Below, piece by piece: positions 24,747-37,167 of a stretch of 64,000 nucleotides of DNA (position 1 is its first letter; each line of letters starts with the position of its first letter). A program made the position numbers and the translations under genes. This stretch comes from Scyliorhinus canicula. Taxonomy: Eukaryota. The notes beneath the pieces were generated by a model. The model worked only from the letters and a program-made list of their open reading frames with translations, was not told the DNA's origin and made no database searches. Location of the stretch: positions 19,954,690-20,018,689 of the forward strand of contig NC_052167.1 of the NCBI RefSeq assembly GCF_902713615.1. The letters are read 5' to 3'.

Positions 24747-25092
24747 TCATAGAATTTACAGTGCAGAAGGAGGCCATTCGGCCCATCGAGTCTGCACCGG
24801 CTCTAGTAAAGAGCACCCTACCCAAGGTCAACACCTCCACCCTATCCCCATAACCCAGTAACCCCACTCAACACTAAGGGCAATTTTGGACACTAAGGGC
24901 AATTTATCATGGCCAATCCACCTAACCTGCACATCTTTGTGACTGTGGGAGGAAACCGGAGCACCCGGACGAAACCCGCACACACACGGGGAGGATGTGC
25001 AGACTCCGCACAGACAGTGACCCAAGCCGGAATCGAACCTGGGACCCAGGAGCTGTGAAGCGATTGTGCTAACCACTATGCTACCGTGCTGC
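24747..25092 (-). mobile_element. HE1-like V-SINE
   Basis: Same consensus. Confidence 0.9.
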
Positions 25093-25231
25093 TTGGCATT
25101 GTGTTAACAGTTGTCAATTCATTTAAAAGGCTATTTCTACTCTTTACATACATGACCAAACTGCCTGTTGTGACGTTAACGGGAGATTCTGTGCAACTCC
25201 GGCAAGTTCTTAAAAGTAACAAGGAGGATTT

Positions 25232-25782
25232 TGTGAGGGTCATGAAGAATCCAGCACGGGTTTGGAGAGTCAAACAGAAAGTTAATTTATTTACAACAAT
25301 ACGTACAAAGTTCCAGCAGTTAACTACTGATTCCCTCTTTAGCTGGTACCACACCGGCTCTATTTATACAGATTGCCCGCCCCCTGCCAGCCACCCCCCC
25401 CCAACCCATTGGGGGGAGATCACATTTCCCAAGGAGAGTGGGGTAACTTCGTCCAACCAAACTGCCTGCCCCTCTTCCACGGTTTTCATCCGCGGCCAGG
25501 TGTCCCTGGAGAGGTGTTCACGGACACTCTTGAGGTCTTCCGTACTTGGAGGGCACCGCAGGGGTCGGGTTGGTTTATTGACCCCTCTTTTCACGTTATG
25601 ATTTGATGTTGTTAAGTGTCCGTTGTTCACCGATTACTTTTGGGCAATGCCCCTACCAGGAGGGACCACTTTTCATTTATCCCTGAGTTTGTTTCATTTA
25701 TTATATTGTTTTAACTGACCCAATAAGATCGCATGGGGTAACCAGTTGTCCCCAGCCAATAGGATCCGGGCAGGTTATAACA
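25232..25782 (-). mobile_element. Possible solo LTR
   Basis: TGT...ACA termini and TATA/AATAAA on the minus strand; no matching TSD found. Confidence 0.4.
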
Positions 25783-25838
25783 GAGGCTAAGCGAGAGATG
25801 CCACTTATAAATCAACCAGCAAGTTCTAAAGACTCATG

Positions 25839-26501
25839 GGGCGCGATTCTCTGCTCCCCCCATGCCGGGTGGGAGAATAGCGGGAGGGCCTACCGACATT
25901 TTTCACGCCCTCCCGCTATTCTCCCCCTCCCCACGCCCGACCCATGTCCGAATAAAACGGCGAGCGGCGATTCTCCGAGGCCGATGGGCCGAGCAGCCGG
26001 GCCTTCACGCCCGTTTCAACACGGTAGCAAACACACCTGCTTGCTGCCGTCGTGAAACGGGCGCCAGATGCCCGTTTGGGGCATCTGGGGGCCCGATTGG
26101 CACGGCAGTACCACGGCCGTGCCAAGGGGGGCATAGGCCCGCATCGGTGCCCACCGATCGCGGGCCGTGCGTCCGTAACGGAAGCACTCTTTTCCCTCCG
26201 CCGCCCCGCAAGATCAGCCGGGCGGCTGAGGGAAAAGACGCCAACTGCGCATGCGCGGGTTGGTGTTGTCCAACCTGCGCATGCGCGGCCGACGTCATCG
26301 GCCGCGTCAGCCGGCGTGACGCTTGACGTGCAGCCTAGACGACCATCGTCAAGGCCGTGCCGCCGTGACGCACGGGGCCGCGCTCCTAGCCCCGCCCGGG
26401 AGGGAGAATCGGACCAGGAAGTGGGCGTGAAGGCTGCCTAGGGTCACGGCCTGTCCCACGGCAGCCTTTACTATTCTCAGCATTTGCGGAGAATCTCGCC
26501 C
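25839..26501. mobile_element. PIF/Harbinger-type MITE
   Basis: TIR GGGCGCGATTCTC / GAGAATCTCGCCC; 3-bp TSD atg. Confidence 0.82.
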
Positions 26502-26839
26502 ATGGTCTTATTGCTTAATTCCATGGATTTGCTGGTTCATTTACACATCAGTAGTGGCATGTGTCATTAACACGCCATGCATTGAGATCTGGACCAATGC
26601 TTTCTAGTGGAAGTGAGACATGATAAGAGAAGGCATGCCAAGCAGATCAGTGCGTTCCATGCATTCTAGTATGCGATGGAGGTAGTGGCACAGTCGAATT
26701 GTCACAGAACTAGTAAATCAGAGACCCAGCGTAGTGGGTTCAAACCACACCACAGCAGATAGTGAAATTTGAATTAAAAGCCTAATGATGGCCATGAAAC
26801 CATTGTTAATTGTTGTAAAAATCCATCTTTAAAAAAAAT

Positions 26840-27470
26840 TAATTGATGGGATGTGCATGTCGCTGGTTAGGCCAGCATTTATTGCCCATCCATAGTTGCC
26901 CTTCAGAAAGGGGTGGTGAGCTGCCTTCTTGAATCGCTGCAGTCTTTAGGGTGTAGGTACACCCACTGTGCTGTTAGGGAGGGACTTCCAGGATTTTGTC
27001 CCAGCGACAGTGAAGGAACGGCGATATATTTCCAAGTCAGGATGGTGAGTGACCTGGAGGGGAACCTCCAGGTGGTGGGGTTCCCAGGTATCTGCTGCTC
27101 TTGTCCTTCTAGATGGTGGTGGTCATGGGTTTGGAAGCTGTTGTCTGAGGAGCATTGGTGAGTTACTGCAGTGCATCGAGTAGGTGGTGCACACGGCTGC
27201 CACTGTGCATCGGTGGTGGAGGGTTTGAATGTTTGTGGAAGGGGGAGCAATCAAGCGGGGCTGCTTTGTCCTGGATGAAGTTGAGTTTCTTGAGTGCTGT
27301 TGGAGCTGCACTCGTCCAGGCAAGTGGAGAATATTCCATTACACTCCTGACTTGTGCCTGGTAGATTGTGGATAGGCTTTGGGGGGGTCAGGTGGTGAAT
27401 TACTCGCCGTAGAATTCCTAGACTTTGACTTGCCTTGGTAGCCACAGTATTAATGTGGTTAGTCCAGTCT
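26840..27470 (-). mobile_element. 3' fragment of old CR1/L2-group LINE, inserted into a SINE (26680-26830 plus 27480-27620)
   Basis: Reverse complement of 13920-14460. Confidence 0.8.
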
Positions 27471-28454
27471 GGCTCACCAATGCCCTTCACAGAAGGAAAT
27501 CTACCCTCTTTACCTGATCTGGCCTCCATGTGTCTTCAGGCCACAGAAATATGGTTGACCCTGAAGTACCATTCAGTACAAGGGATGGGCAATAAATGGT
27601 GGTGAGGCCCACACCCAATAAATAAAAAGAGGAAGTATTGAAGCAAATACTGCAAGGGGGAGGAAGGAGTCGTCTAATTTTCATCTATGAGTTTGAATAG
27701 CTTTGCTGAACAGGCTTGGCTGTATCTTATTCTTTGAGGACAGTTGTTTAAGTGGTTGCACTGTTTGAATCTTTGCTGTGAGGAGACTGTGATCTCTTTC
27801 AGAGTGAGATAAATTAGGCCGACCTGTCTCAGCTGAGGTGCAATTGAAGCTTCACTGATCAGGTACAGACCACAGCCTTATTGTGTAGACGTTATGCTGG
27901 AGACAGCTCCACTCCAGTCCTCTCAATACCAGGTGCCTTTCAGGTTTTCTTGAACAGGCAAGGAAACGATTACGTCAGCGATCAAATTAATTTGGTCTCC
28001 TCAGCTTTGGCACCTGGCGATCAAATTATTTTTAAGGCGAGCCTGTAAGAATTCACTTCTCTTTCCTTCATGTGTGACTGTATTAGGTCAGCTATACATT
28101 CTCTCCTTCCAGTGCAGTCCTCAGCCTAGTGCCTATCCTCTGTCTTGACCTTTTGTAACACTATATTGTCCATACATTACAGTGTAGCCACTGACTCCTA
28201 AGGTAGACTAGATGGTGCCAATGCTTTTAATTAGTGAGCTTAGGAGCCACTATCCCTAACATCAGCGCTGCCAACCACGTTGGCTGCCATTATCCTGGCC
28301 ATTCACCAAAGCCATCTTTCAAACCAAAAGGATAGGCCGCAAAGCAGCGACCAGCGTACAGATCGCAACCAGAACTCTCAATCATGCCGGTCCCAATCCA
28401 GGCCGGCTCATCAGGATTGATTCCATGAGCACCAGTCGTTAGGCCTCCGCCCAT

Positions 28455-28490
<36 letters not shown>

Positions 28491-28704
28491 CTCATATTCC
28501 AGATCACCATGGGGAGATCAATCGAGTGATTGTCATGAGGGTCATTACCCACTCTCGTGAGGGTCATTACCCACTTTGGCGCACAGGTTAGCCAAACAAG
28601 TTTGAGAATGTCTACGCAGAGTGAAATTAGCTCATCATTGAGAACTTGAAGTAACTGTCGAACTAGAAATGTTCCCTCGTCCCCATTCTATCCACAATTT
28701 TTTC

Positions 28705-28945
28705 ATTTCTTCACCCAAAGAGTGGTGTGAGCCTGTGGAATTCATTACCACAGGAAGTAGTTGATGCTTAAACACTTAACATATTCAAGAGGCAGCTGGA
28801 TATCGCACCTGGGGAGAGTGGGATCAAAAGCTATGGGGAGAAAGCAGGATTAGGCTATTGAGTTGGATGATCAGCCATGATCATGATGAATGGCGGAGCA
28901 GGCTCGAAGGGCCAAAAGGCCTCCTCCTGCTCCAATCTTCTATAG
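28705..28945 (+). mobile_element. Short CR1 3'-end fragment abutting the next CR1
   Basis: ttcttcacccaaagagtggtg...gagcaggctcgaaggg CR1 3' end. Confidence 0.85.
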
Positions 28946-29935
28946 ATGATTACATAGATGATTTGGAGTCGGGGACCAAGTGCAATGTGTCCAAGTTTGC
29001 AGATGACACTAAGATGAGTGGTAAAGTGAAAAATGCAGAGGATACTGGAAGTCTGCAGAGGGATTTGGATAGGTTAAGTGAATGGGCTAGGGTCTGGCAG
29101 ATGGAATACAATGTTGACAAATGTGAGGTTATCCATTTTGGTAGGAATAACAGCAAACGGGATTATTATTTAAACGATAAAATATTAAAGCATGCCGCTG
29201 TTCAGAGAGACTTGGGTGTGCTAGTGCATGAGTCACAGAAGGTTGGTTACAAGTGCAACAGGTGATTAAGAAGGCAAATGGAATTTTGTCCTTCATTGCT
29301 AGAGGGATGGAGTTTAAGACTAGGGAGGTTATGCTGCAATTGTATAAGGTGTTAGTGAGGCCACACCTGGAGTATTGTGTTCAGTTTTGGTCTCCTTACT
29401 TGAGAAAGGACGTACTGGCGCTGGAGGGTGTGCAGAGGAGATTCACTAGGTTAATCCCAGAGTTGAAGGGGTTGGATTATGAGGAGAGGTTGAGTAGACT
29501 GGAACTGTACTCGTTGGAATTTAGAAGGATGAGGGGGGATCTTATAGAAACATTTAAAATTATGAAGGGAATAGATAGGATAGATGCGGGCAGGTTGTTT
29601 CCACTGGCGGGTGACAGCAGAACTAGGGGACATAGCCTCAAAATAAGGGGAAGTAGATTTAGGACTGAGTTTAGGAGGAACTTCTTCACCCAAAGGGTTG
29701 TGAATCTATGGAATTCCTTGCCCAGTGAAGCAGTTGAGGCTCCTTCATTACATGTTTTTAAGGTAAAGATAGATAGTTTTTTGAAGAATAAAGGGATTAA
29801 GGGTTATGGTGTTCGGGCCGGAACGTGGAGCTGAGTCCACAAAAGATCAGCCATGATCTCATTGAATGGTGGAGCAGGCTCGAGGGGCAGATGGCTTACT
29901 CCTGCTCCTAGTTATGTTTCTTATGTTCTTATGTA
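28946..29935 (+). mobile_element. 5'-truncated CR1 LINE (RT C-terminus and tail)
   Basis: KFADDTK and RPHLEYCVQFWSP motifs, frameshift near 29250, tail cttatgttcttatgt. Confidence 0.95.
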
Positions 29936-30405
29936 TCTATATATGTACAAGAGGCAGATCTGATTTATGTTAGTTTCATAAATTCCAGCATTGAAGCACA
30001 TATCATTGCTGATAGCCGTGTTAGTGTCATGCCTGATTGGGGGAAGGAAGTCGGCTAGTTTTTAGTGATGAGTTTGAATAATTTCACTGTACAGACTGGC
30101 AGTGTCTTATTTGCTGAGTAAGGTTATTTGAGTGGTTGCACTGGTTTGAATCTATTGGGCGGATGTGGAGCTGTCATTGTAGGAAAACATGCTTCCCCCG
30201 GGGTAGGATGTTTGCATTTTCATCTCAGCATCTGATTTTCCAGGGGAGAGTCCGCTCGGAAGCTGCAGCTCATTTCCAACTCATTTCCTACGGAGCAGTT
30301 ACAATATTCACAAGATTGCTCCTTCTTAGTGCCTCGGCCAGAGTGGCAAGTAGGGAGGGAGTTGGGGCTTAATTGCTTCTGGGCAGCATGACAATCAACC
30401 TGATA

Positions 30406-30575
30406 GGGGCTGGTTCAGCTCACTCAGCTAAATCGCTGGCTTTTAAAGCAGGCCAGCAGCACGGTTTGATTCCCGTACCAGCCTCCCCGGACAGGCGCCG
30501 GAATGTGGCGACTAGGGGCTTTTCACAGTAACTTCATTGAAGCCTACTCGTGACAATAAGCCATTTTCATTTCAT
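30406..30575 (+). mobile_element. Second tRNA-derived SINE family (~170 bp); minus-strand copies at 17985-18159, 38753-38912, 48114-48288
   Basis: ggggctggtt(t/c)agc head, B-box-like ggttYgattcc, tail ggcgactaggggcttttcacag...gtgacaataag. Confidence 0.85.
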
Positions 30576-31119
30576 ATATTGGGCTGGATTCCCCGTTCGG
30601 GGGACTACGTTCTCCCGTCGGAGATGAACCACCTCCGAATTGCGCTCGGGCTGGGAGTGACACCCAGAGGCGATTCACCGTCCCTTGCCATGCACATTTA
30701 TGCATGGCGGGATTGCAAGGGATCCTCCTGAGCAGGAGCCTGATAGCGAGATCCGGCAGCGGGCCCCCTCCCTGCTCCTCCCCCCACCCCCTCGCCCCCT
30801 CAATGCAATTTTGGCCTCCCTCCTCACTACGGACTTACTGGGTCACCTCCCCCCACACACACACAGGTGGGACCTGACCCCCCCCCCCCACCCTCCCCAT
30901 CACAAAACCATTCTGAGGGTCTCTGGTGGGGAGTCTCTGCTATGGGGGCCTCCGGTGGAGGGCTCTGATGGGAGTTTCTGGTGGGGCCGGGGGCGGGGAG
31001 GGGTGCACCTGGTAGGCAGAATTTGCATTGTGGGGAGGAGTGGGGCCCTCCGAGGAAGATTGGGGGCACCCTCCTTAAAGACTTACCCCCATGGCCCAAC
31101 GTGAGGACCATCACACCAG

Positions 31120-31435
31120 AGCCATGCTGACAAGTGATTTGGCTCCACAGCTCTCTGTGGCAAAGAGTGCCACAGATTCACCACCCTCTGGCTGAAGAAA
31201 TTCCTCCTCATCTCTGTTTTAAAGGATTGTCTCTTTAGTCTGAGATGGTGTCCTCTGGGCCTAGTTTTTCCTACAAGTGGAAAACATCCTCTCCACGTCC
31301 ACTCTATCCAGGCCTCGCAGTATCCTGTAAGTTTCAGTAAGATTCCCCCCTCATCCTTCTAAACTCCAAAGAGAACAGACCCAGAGTCCTCAACCGTTCC
31401 TCATAGGCCAAGTTCTTCATTCCGGGGATCATTCT
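31120..31435 (-). mobile_element. CR1 fragment
   Basis: cagattcaccaccctctggctgaagaaattcctcctc is the reverse complement of the CR1 ORF2 end. Confidence 0.8.
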
Positions 31436-31799
31436 TGCCCATCCCTAATTACCCTTGAATTGAGTGGATTACCCAGCATGTACGCCAGACCAGCTAAGAA
31501 TGGCAGATTTCCTTACTGCACTAATGAGCGAACCAGATGAATTTTATGATATGGTTATCATTCATTCCAGAGTTTATTGGATTCAAATTTCTCCATTTGC
31601 CATGGTGGGATTTGAACCTGGGTCTGCAGAGCATTATCCCTGGGTTATTAGTCCAATAGCAATGCCACTATGCCACCACCTCCCCATCAAGTGTATTCCA
31701 AACAGTTAGCAAGTACCAGCAATAGAGTGATACCTTTACACCAAAAGGCTTAGCTTTGAAAGTTGAGCGCTTTAGAATTTAATCCCCAATAAGTTTATT

Positions 31800-32130
31800 T
31801 TTGCTTCCATGGGATGTGGGCGTCGCTGGCTGGGTCTGCACTTATTGCCCATCCCTAATTGCCTTTTGGCTGTGTGGCTGGCTTGCTGGGCCATTTAAGA
31901 GTCAACCACATTGCTGTGGGTCTGGAGTCACATGTAGGCCAGACCGGGTAAGGATGACAGATTTCCTTCCCTAATGGAACATTAGCGAACCAGATGGGTT
32001 TTTAATGACAATCGATTCATGAACATTATTAGACTTTTAATTCCAGGTATTTTTTGAATTAGAATTCCACCATCTGGGATTCGAACACAGGTTCCCAGAT
32101 CATTACCTCGTGAGGACTCCCTGGCTCTGA
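31800..32130 (-). mobile_element. SINE sharing its tail with the old CR1/L2-group LINE; relatives at 31435-31685 and 42505-42790
   Basis: attgcccatccctaattgcc tail and gatttccttccctaa body repeated in the window. Confidence 0.65.
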
Positions 32131-32294
32131 ATTCATGCAAACCATTGGATACAATCTGTAAAAGTATCACAGTTTACGTTCTCGGAAATCAGGCTCTATT
32201 AGCTTTCTCTTTTTTTTCTCCGTAACTTAATTTTCTTCTATCCTCTTCTTCACAACTGTTGTGTCCTCTTATCTTTTATTCTCTTAATTTCCAG

Positions 32295-32339
32295 GAACTG
32301 CAAGCAGAAAGAAAAGTAAAAAATGTTTAGCACTAAAAG
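32295..32339 (+). CDS. ptpn20: Candidate 45-nt symmetric exon with GC donor (RTASRKKSKKCLALK)
   Basis: Long pyrimidine tract plus ttccag|GA; donor AAG|gcaagt matches the GC-AG consensus. Phase 1-1, open frame. Confidence 0.6.
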
Positions 32340-32978
32340 GCAAGTGTCAATATTCAGTGTGTGTGTGTGTGTGTGACTTTCCCAACTTGTCTGTTTTCCC
32401 CCCTATTTCTTCCATTTGACAGAAGTGTCAAAACATCTCAAAGCACTTCACACAAGGCAGAAATCTATCCGATTGTTGTTATGCGACACACCCACACCAG
32501 TTATCCTGCATCACACAACAGCAGAAGTGCACAATCATCGCTCTTTTTTTGCTCGTTGTTGGTCTGCACACAGGAGCAACTCCAGCTCCGCTTCAAACGG
32601 TGCTACCTGGCCACCTCAATCAGAAAACAAGACCTCAGTTTCACACTGTGTCTGAAGGGCGCCCTCACCAGTCACGACACAGCCACACACGCCTTGTTGA
32701 AGTGTTTGAAGTGTCAGCTTAGGCGATCTGCCTGATAGAGGACTTAAACCATCAATCTTCTGGGGCAGAAGCAAAAATGCAACAAACTGAGCCAAGCTGA
32801 CACACACTGGTTTAATTTTCTCTTTCGTGCTTGTCCTACGAACACACAAAATGGATAGGACAAGAGAAGGTCGCCTGGCCCATAAAGTCTGCCCCACACC
32901 TTGAATGGTCAGAGCATTATGAACACACCTAATCTGGTTTCAGATAAAGGCAACGGCAGGGTGCCTCTGGATTAGAGA

Positions 32979-33295
32979 ATCATACAATGCCTGCAGTGTA
33001 GAGGGAGGCCATTCAGCCCATCGAGTCTGCACCGACCCTCCGAAACAGAACCCTACCTCAGCCACTCCCCCATCCTATCCCCACCTAACTTTTGGACACT
33101 AAGGGGCAATTTATCATGGCCAGTCCACCCAACCTGCACATCTTTGGACTGTGGGAGGAAACCGGAGCACCCGGAGGAAACCCACGCAGACACGGGGAGA
33201 ACGTGCAAACTCTACACAGTCACCCAAAACCAGAATTGAACCTGGGTCCCTAGCGCTGTGAGGCAGCAGTGCTAACCACTATGGAACCGTGCAGC
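32979..33295 (-). mobile_element. HE1-like V-SINE
   Basis: Same consensus. Confidence 0.88.
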
Positions 33296-33540
33296 CACGT
33301 CGCAGTTTTAAGGATGATTTCAGATTAAAGGATATGCAAAAACACGCAATGCAGACTAATATATTAGTTTTCAATATCTCTATATCAGGTGACAATATCT
33401 CTAACTGCAAATACTGCTAATGATGTAATCTGATGATGCAATGAACCTCGTCAACCATGCCTGCTGGGGGTATTCTGGATTGATGACGCTTCAATGCTTA
33501 ATTAAGAGCAAGGGCCCAGAATCTAAAAGCTAGGTTGATT

Positions 33541-34107
33541 AGGTTTGGATTGGATTGGATTTGTTTATTGTCACGTGTACCGAGGTACAGTGAAAAGTAT
33601 TTTTCTGCAAGCAGCTCAACAGATCATTCAGTACATGGGAAGAAAAGGGAATTAAACAAAATTCATGAAAATACATGAGAATACATAATAGGGCAACACA
33701 AGATATACAATGTAACTACATAAGCATTGGCATCGGTTGAAGCATACAGGGTGTAGTGTTAATGAGGTCAGTCAATAAGAGGGTCATTTAGGAGTCTGGT
33801 GACAGTGGGGAAGAAGCTGTTTTTGAGTCTGTTCTTGCGTGTTCTCAGACTTCTGTATCTCCTGCCCGATGGAAGAAGTTGGAAAAGTGCGTAAGCCGGG
33901 TGGGAGGGGTCCTTGATTATGCTGCCCGCTTTCCCCCGGCAGCGGGAGGTGTAGATGGAGTCCATGGATGGGAGGCAGGTTCGTGTGATGGACTGGACGG
34001 TATTCACGACTCTCTAAAGTTCCTTGCGGTCCTGGGCCGAGCAGTTGCCATACCAGGCTGTGATGCAGCCCAATAGGATGTTTTCTATAGTGCATCTGTA
34101 AAAGTTG
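33541..34107 (-). mobile_element. Rex1/Babar-like LINE 3' fragment with (CCAAT)n tail
   Basis: IIKDPSHP..LFQLLPSGRRYRS...RLKNSFFP ORF end. Confidence 0.88.
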
Positions 34108-34284
34108 CAGATTCCAGATTCCCCATTCATTGCCCTTTCCATTACAAATGGGCAATTGAGAGCAACCGGCACTGTCAGTGCCCAGGGGAAGGGTTCTGTT
34201 TTCCATCCCCGATGTATAGTGAGCGGCGTTCCACAATTTCCGTGCGAGGTGCGAATTATACATGTTTTTCTTTGTCACCTGAAG

Positions 34285-34350
34285 GCTTCAGTGACTGGAC
34301 GCTGACATCAAAAGAGGGACAAGGACAAGAGAAGCAGCAGACTCTGGATG
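34285..34350 (+). CDS. ptpn20: 66-nt symmetric linker exon (GFSDWTLTSKEGQGQEKQQTLD)
   Basis: Pyrimidine tract plus gaag|GC (AAG acceptor), donor ATG|gtaagg, phase 1-1, open. Confidence 0.65.
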
Positions 34351-34368
34351 GTAAGGAAGCCTCCCCAT

Positions 34369-34691
34369 CATAGAACATAGAGCATACAGTGCGGAGGAGG
34401 CCATTCGGCCCATCGAGTCGGCACCGGCCCACTTAAGCCCTCACTTCCACCCTATCCCCGTAACCCAATAACCCCTCCTAATCCTTTTGGTCACCAAGGG
34501 CAATTTATCATGGCCAATCCACCGAAACCTGCACGTCTTTGGACTGTGGGAGGAAACCGGAGCACCCGGAGGAAACCCATAAAGAGAGAACGTGCAGACT
34601 CCGCACAGACAGTGACCCAGCGGGGAATCGAACCTGGGACCCTGACGCTGTGAAGCCACAGTGCTATCCACTTGTGCTACCCTGCTGCCCC
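34369..34691 (-). mobile_element. HE1-like V-SINE
   Basis: Same consensus; tail ends ~19 nt after the exon donor at 34350. Confidence 0.88.
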
Positions 34692-35351
34692 TCAGTCACC
34701 TCAATTCCCAATCCTATCTATTTTCTCTCAGCTTCAGTGAGTAGGTTGTGTTCTGAAAGTAAAGCGAGCTGCGTTCCGGGCCCCATTTATCAGGTGGATT
34801 AATTATTAGCGAGCTGCCTGTCTCCAGGTATTGGAGCACATTTTTTGCATCCGATCCTGCGGCTGACTGATTACTCCTGGGCTGTGAACAGCACTGAGAG
34901 CTAGCTGAGTCACAGCAAAGCCAGGAGGCAGAAGGGGAACAGGCTGTTAAAGTGCTTGGTAGATAGAACAGGGAAACAGCAAGTCCAAAACACGGAGCCG
35001 GATGAGGCCTGTATTCCTAGGAGGCTGTGAGTTATCCAAAATCACATCAGAGATGAGAAAAATGCATTTTAATATATGTGTGTTCTTCAGAAATGGATTA
35101 TTGCGGTTTATAAAGTGGATATCCACTTAGTGCAATTTAGTGTCCAGGTATGTGCAAGTTAGGTTATGGGGTTACGGAGATAGGGGGGACTGGGCATGGG
35201 TAGAGTGTTCATTTGAAGGGTGGGTGCAGACTCGATGGGCCAAATGGCCTCCTTCTGCACTGTGGGATTCTATTTCTAAATTGACACACTACACACTTTA
35301 AAATCAGTTATGTGTAACCATTCAGCTCTCATGGTTAACCTCTGCAAAGGA

Positions 35352-35635
35352 GGGTCGGCACGGTGGCACAGTAGTTAGCACTGCTGTCTCACGGCGCCAG
35401 GGACCCGGGTTCGATTCCCACCTTGGGAGTTTGCACTTCTGCTCGTGTCTGCGTGGGTTTCCTCCGGGTCCTGCAGTTTCCTCCCACAGTCCATAAATGT
35501 GCAGGTTAGGCAGATTGGACATGCCAAATTGCCCCTTAGGTTGAGGTTATTGAGCTGAGGTTGAGTGGCCTTGCAAAGGAATGGTGCAGACTCAATTGGC
35601 CGAATGGCCTCTTTCTGTACTGTAGGAATTCTATG
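35352..35635 (+). mobile_element. HE1-like V-SINE
   Basis: Same consensus, diverged. Confidence 0.85.
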
Positions 35636-35902
35636 AGCAAGAATTGGTTTGGAAGTTTTTCCTCACCAGTCTATCATAGAAACATGGAAAATAGAAGCAG
35701 GAGGAGGCCATTCGGCCCTTCGAGATCATCCCAGGAAAGCAGTCCAGACTGGTTGACACTCAGCAAACCCCCTCTGCAATGATTTTATCATCAAATTAAT
35801 TTGGAAGGCATCCAATTAATAAGGAAAGGAGCGAACTCTGTTATGAACATAAACAGTTTTCCCATTCGGGAAGTTTTCTTTTCACACTGTTATTCTTTTC
35901 AG

Positions 35903-35964
35903 GGAAGCAGCCTGCTGATCACGAGCGATCCCAAACTAACTCCACTGTGCCTGAAGAATCCGAG
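35903..35964 (+). CDS. ptpn20: 62-nt linker exon (GKQPADHERSQTNSTVPEESE)
   Basis: Acceptor cttttcag|GG, donor GAG|gtatct. Phase 1-0 supplies the phase change needed before the next exon. Confidence 0.8.
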
Positions 35965-36274
35965 GTATCTTGCTTTATAAATTCCTGTTTTTAAGTGCAA
36001 TGATGCACTGTCCCCTCATAACTGTTGAGTTACTATTGGACAGCATTTCTTACTTAACATGGGATTTTGCACGTGTTCCTCGGTTGCTCTGTGAGAGACA
36101 GTAGCGAGGCATGAGTGAATGCCGGGTGTGCGTTGCAAGTGGTTCTTCATCACGTGTAATTGTTGTGTCAATCCAGTGGCAGGAACTAACCTGACTGAAG
36201 TCTCACCCCCCCCTCCCGCATTGTTCAGGAGGTGCCGAATGAAACCACAGCTACCCTTTTTTATCTCCCGGCAG

Positions 36275-36436
36275 AGCTCTCTAATCCGCATTGAATTGGA
36301 AAGGCCAACAGGTGGCGGTTTGGGCTTTGCGCTGGTGGGTGGTGACAACGGAACGGCTGCCCTTGTGAAGGCGATTAGCCCGGGCAGTGTGGCACATCTG
36401 GATGGGAGACTCAAAGTGCGAGACAGACTTTTACAG
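36275..36436 (+). CDS. ptpn20: Exon: N-terminal half of additional PDZ (SSLIRIELERPTGGGLGFALVGG...RDRLLQ)
   Basis: Acceptor cggcag|AGC, donor CAG|gtaacg, 162 nt, phase 0-0. Canonical GLGF motif. Confidence 0.93.
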
Positions 36437-36559
36437 GTAACGTCCCTGAGGAGGGGGTAACCCACAGCACATTGGTTGATGAAAATGAGTTGTGGCAAAG
36501 AATTCACTCGCAATTATGTCGCACGTTTCATGATCTTGAGGATGGAGGGTCCAATGCAC

Positions 36560-36870
36560 TTAAAGACCAATGAAGCACATTTGAAGTGTAATGTTTGGGA
36601 AACATGACTGCCAATTTGAGCACAGCAAGCTCCCACAAACAGCAATAACCTATTTTTAGAGACACCTGTTCAGCCACAAGTATTAGCCAGGGCACCAAGG
36701 ATCAGTTCCCTGTCCCTCCTTGAATTGGGGCGGTGGGTTCTCTGATGTCCCACCTGAGAGGACGGAGGTTGACGTTCCCGTCCAAAAACCTGCACCCCCG
36801 ACCTTGCGGCACTCCCTCCGCTCGGCACTGGAGTGTCAGCCTAGATTCCTGTGCTGCAGCCTCTGAACTA
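36560..36870 (-). mobile_element. Old Deu-domain SINE (SacSINE1/AmnSINE1-like); remnants also at 9260-9390(+), 32423-32725(-), 40945-41130(-), 54340-54990(+)
   Basis: gcacagcaagctcccacaaacagcaat and gcactccctc...cactggagtgtcagcctaga match the Deu core as I recall it. Confidence 0.7.
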
Positions 36871-37167
36871 GCTCCTTGAGCTGCCAGGGGATGGCCATTA
36901 CCTCATTCGGAAAAATGGGGCATTTTCCCAAACGTTTTGCTGCAGCTTTGATGGGAGATTGCCAGGGAATAAAGTCAGAAAGTTTCGCCGGAGGCTTTGC
37001 AAACTATTGTTGGAGCGGACAATCTGGAACGATCACACGGCTGCTACTGACGAGGCAAGGAAAATCTCAAAAGAAACAACTCGAGATGAAATTCTGTTTA
37101 CATTTTCACATCACCCTAAAGTTAACAGGTAACGCTGAGGTGGTTATGGCTGATTGAATATGTGTAT

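Noticed and set aside
28456-28490. 35-nt poly-G (and similar G/C runs elsewhere) as a functional element
   Set aside because: Lengths may be sequencing-dependent and most lie in MITE interiors; no independent support.
37046-37066. CTGACGA...GAAA hammerhead-like motif
   Set aside because: No stem II or stem I complementarity; probably chance.
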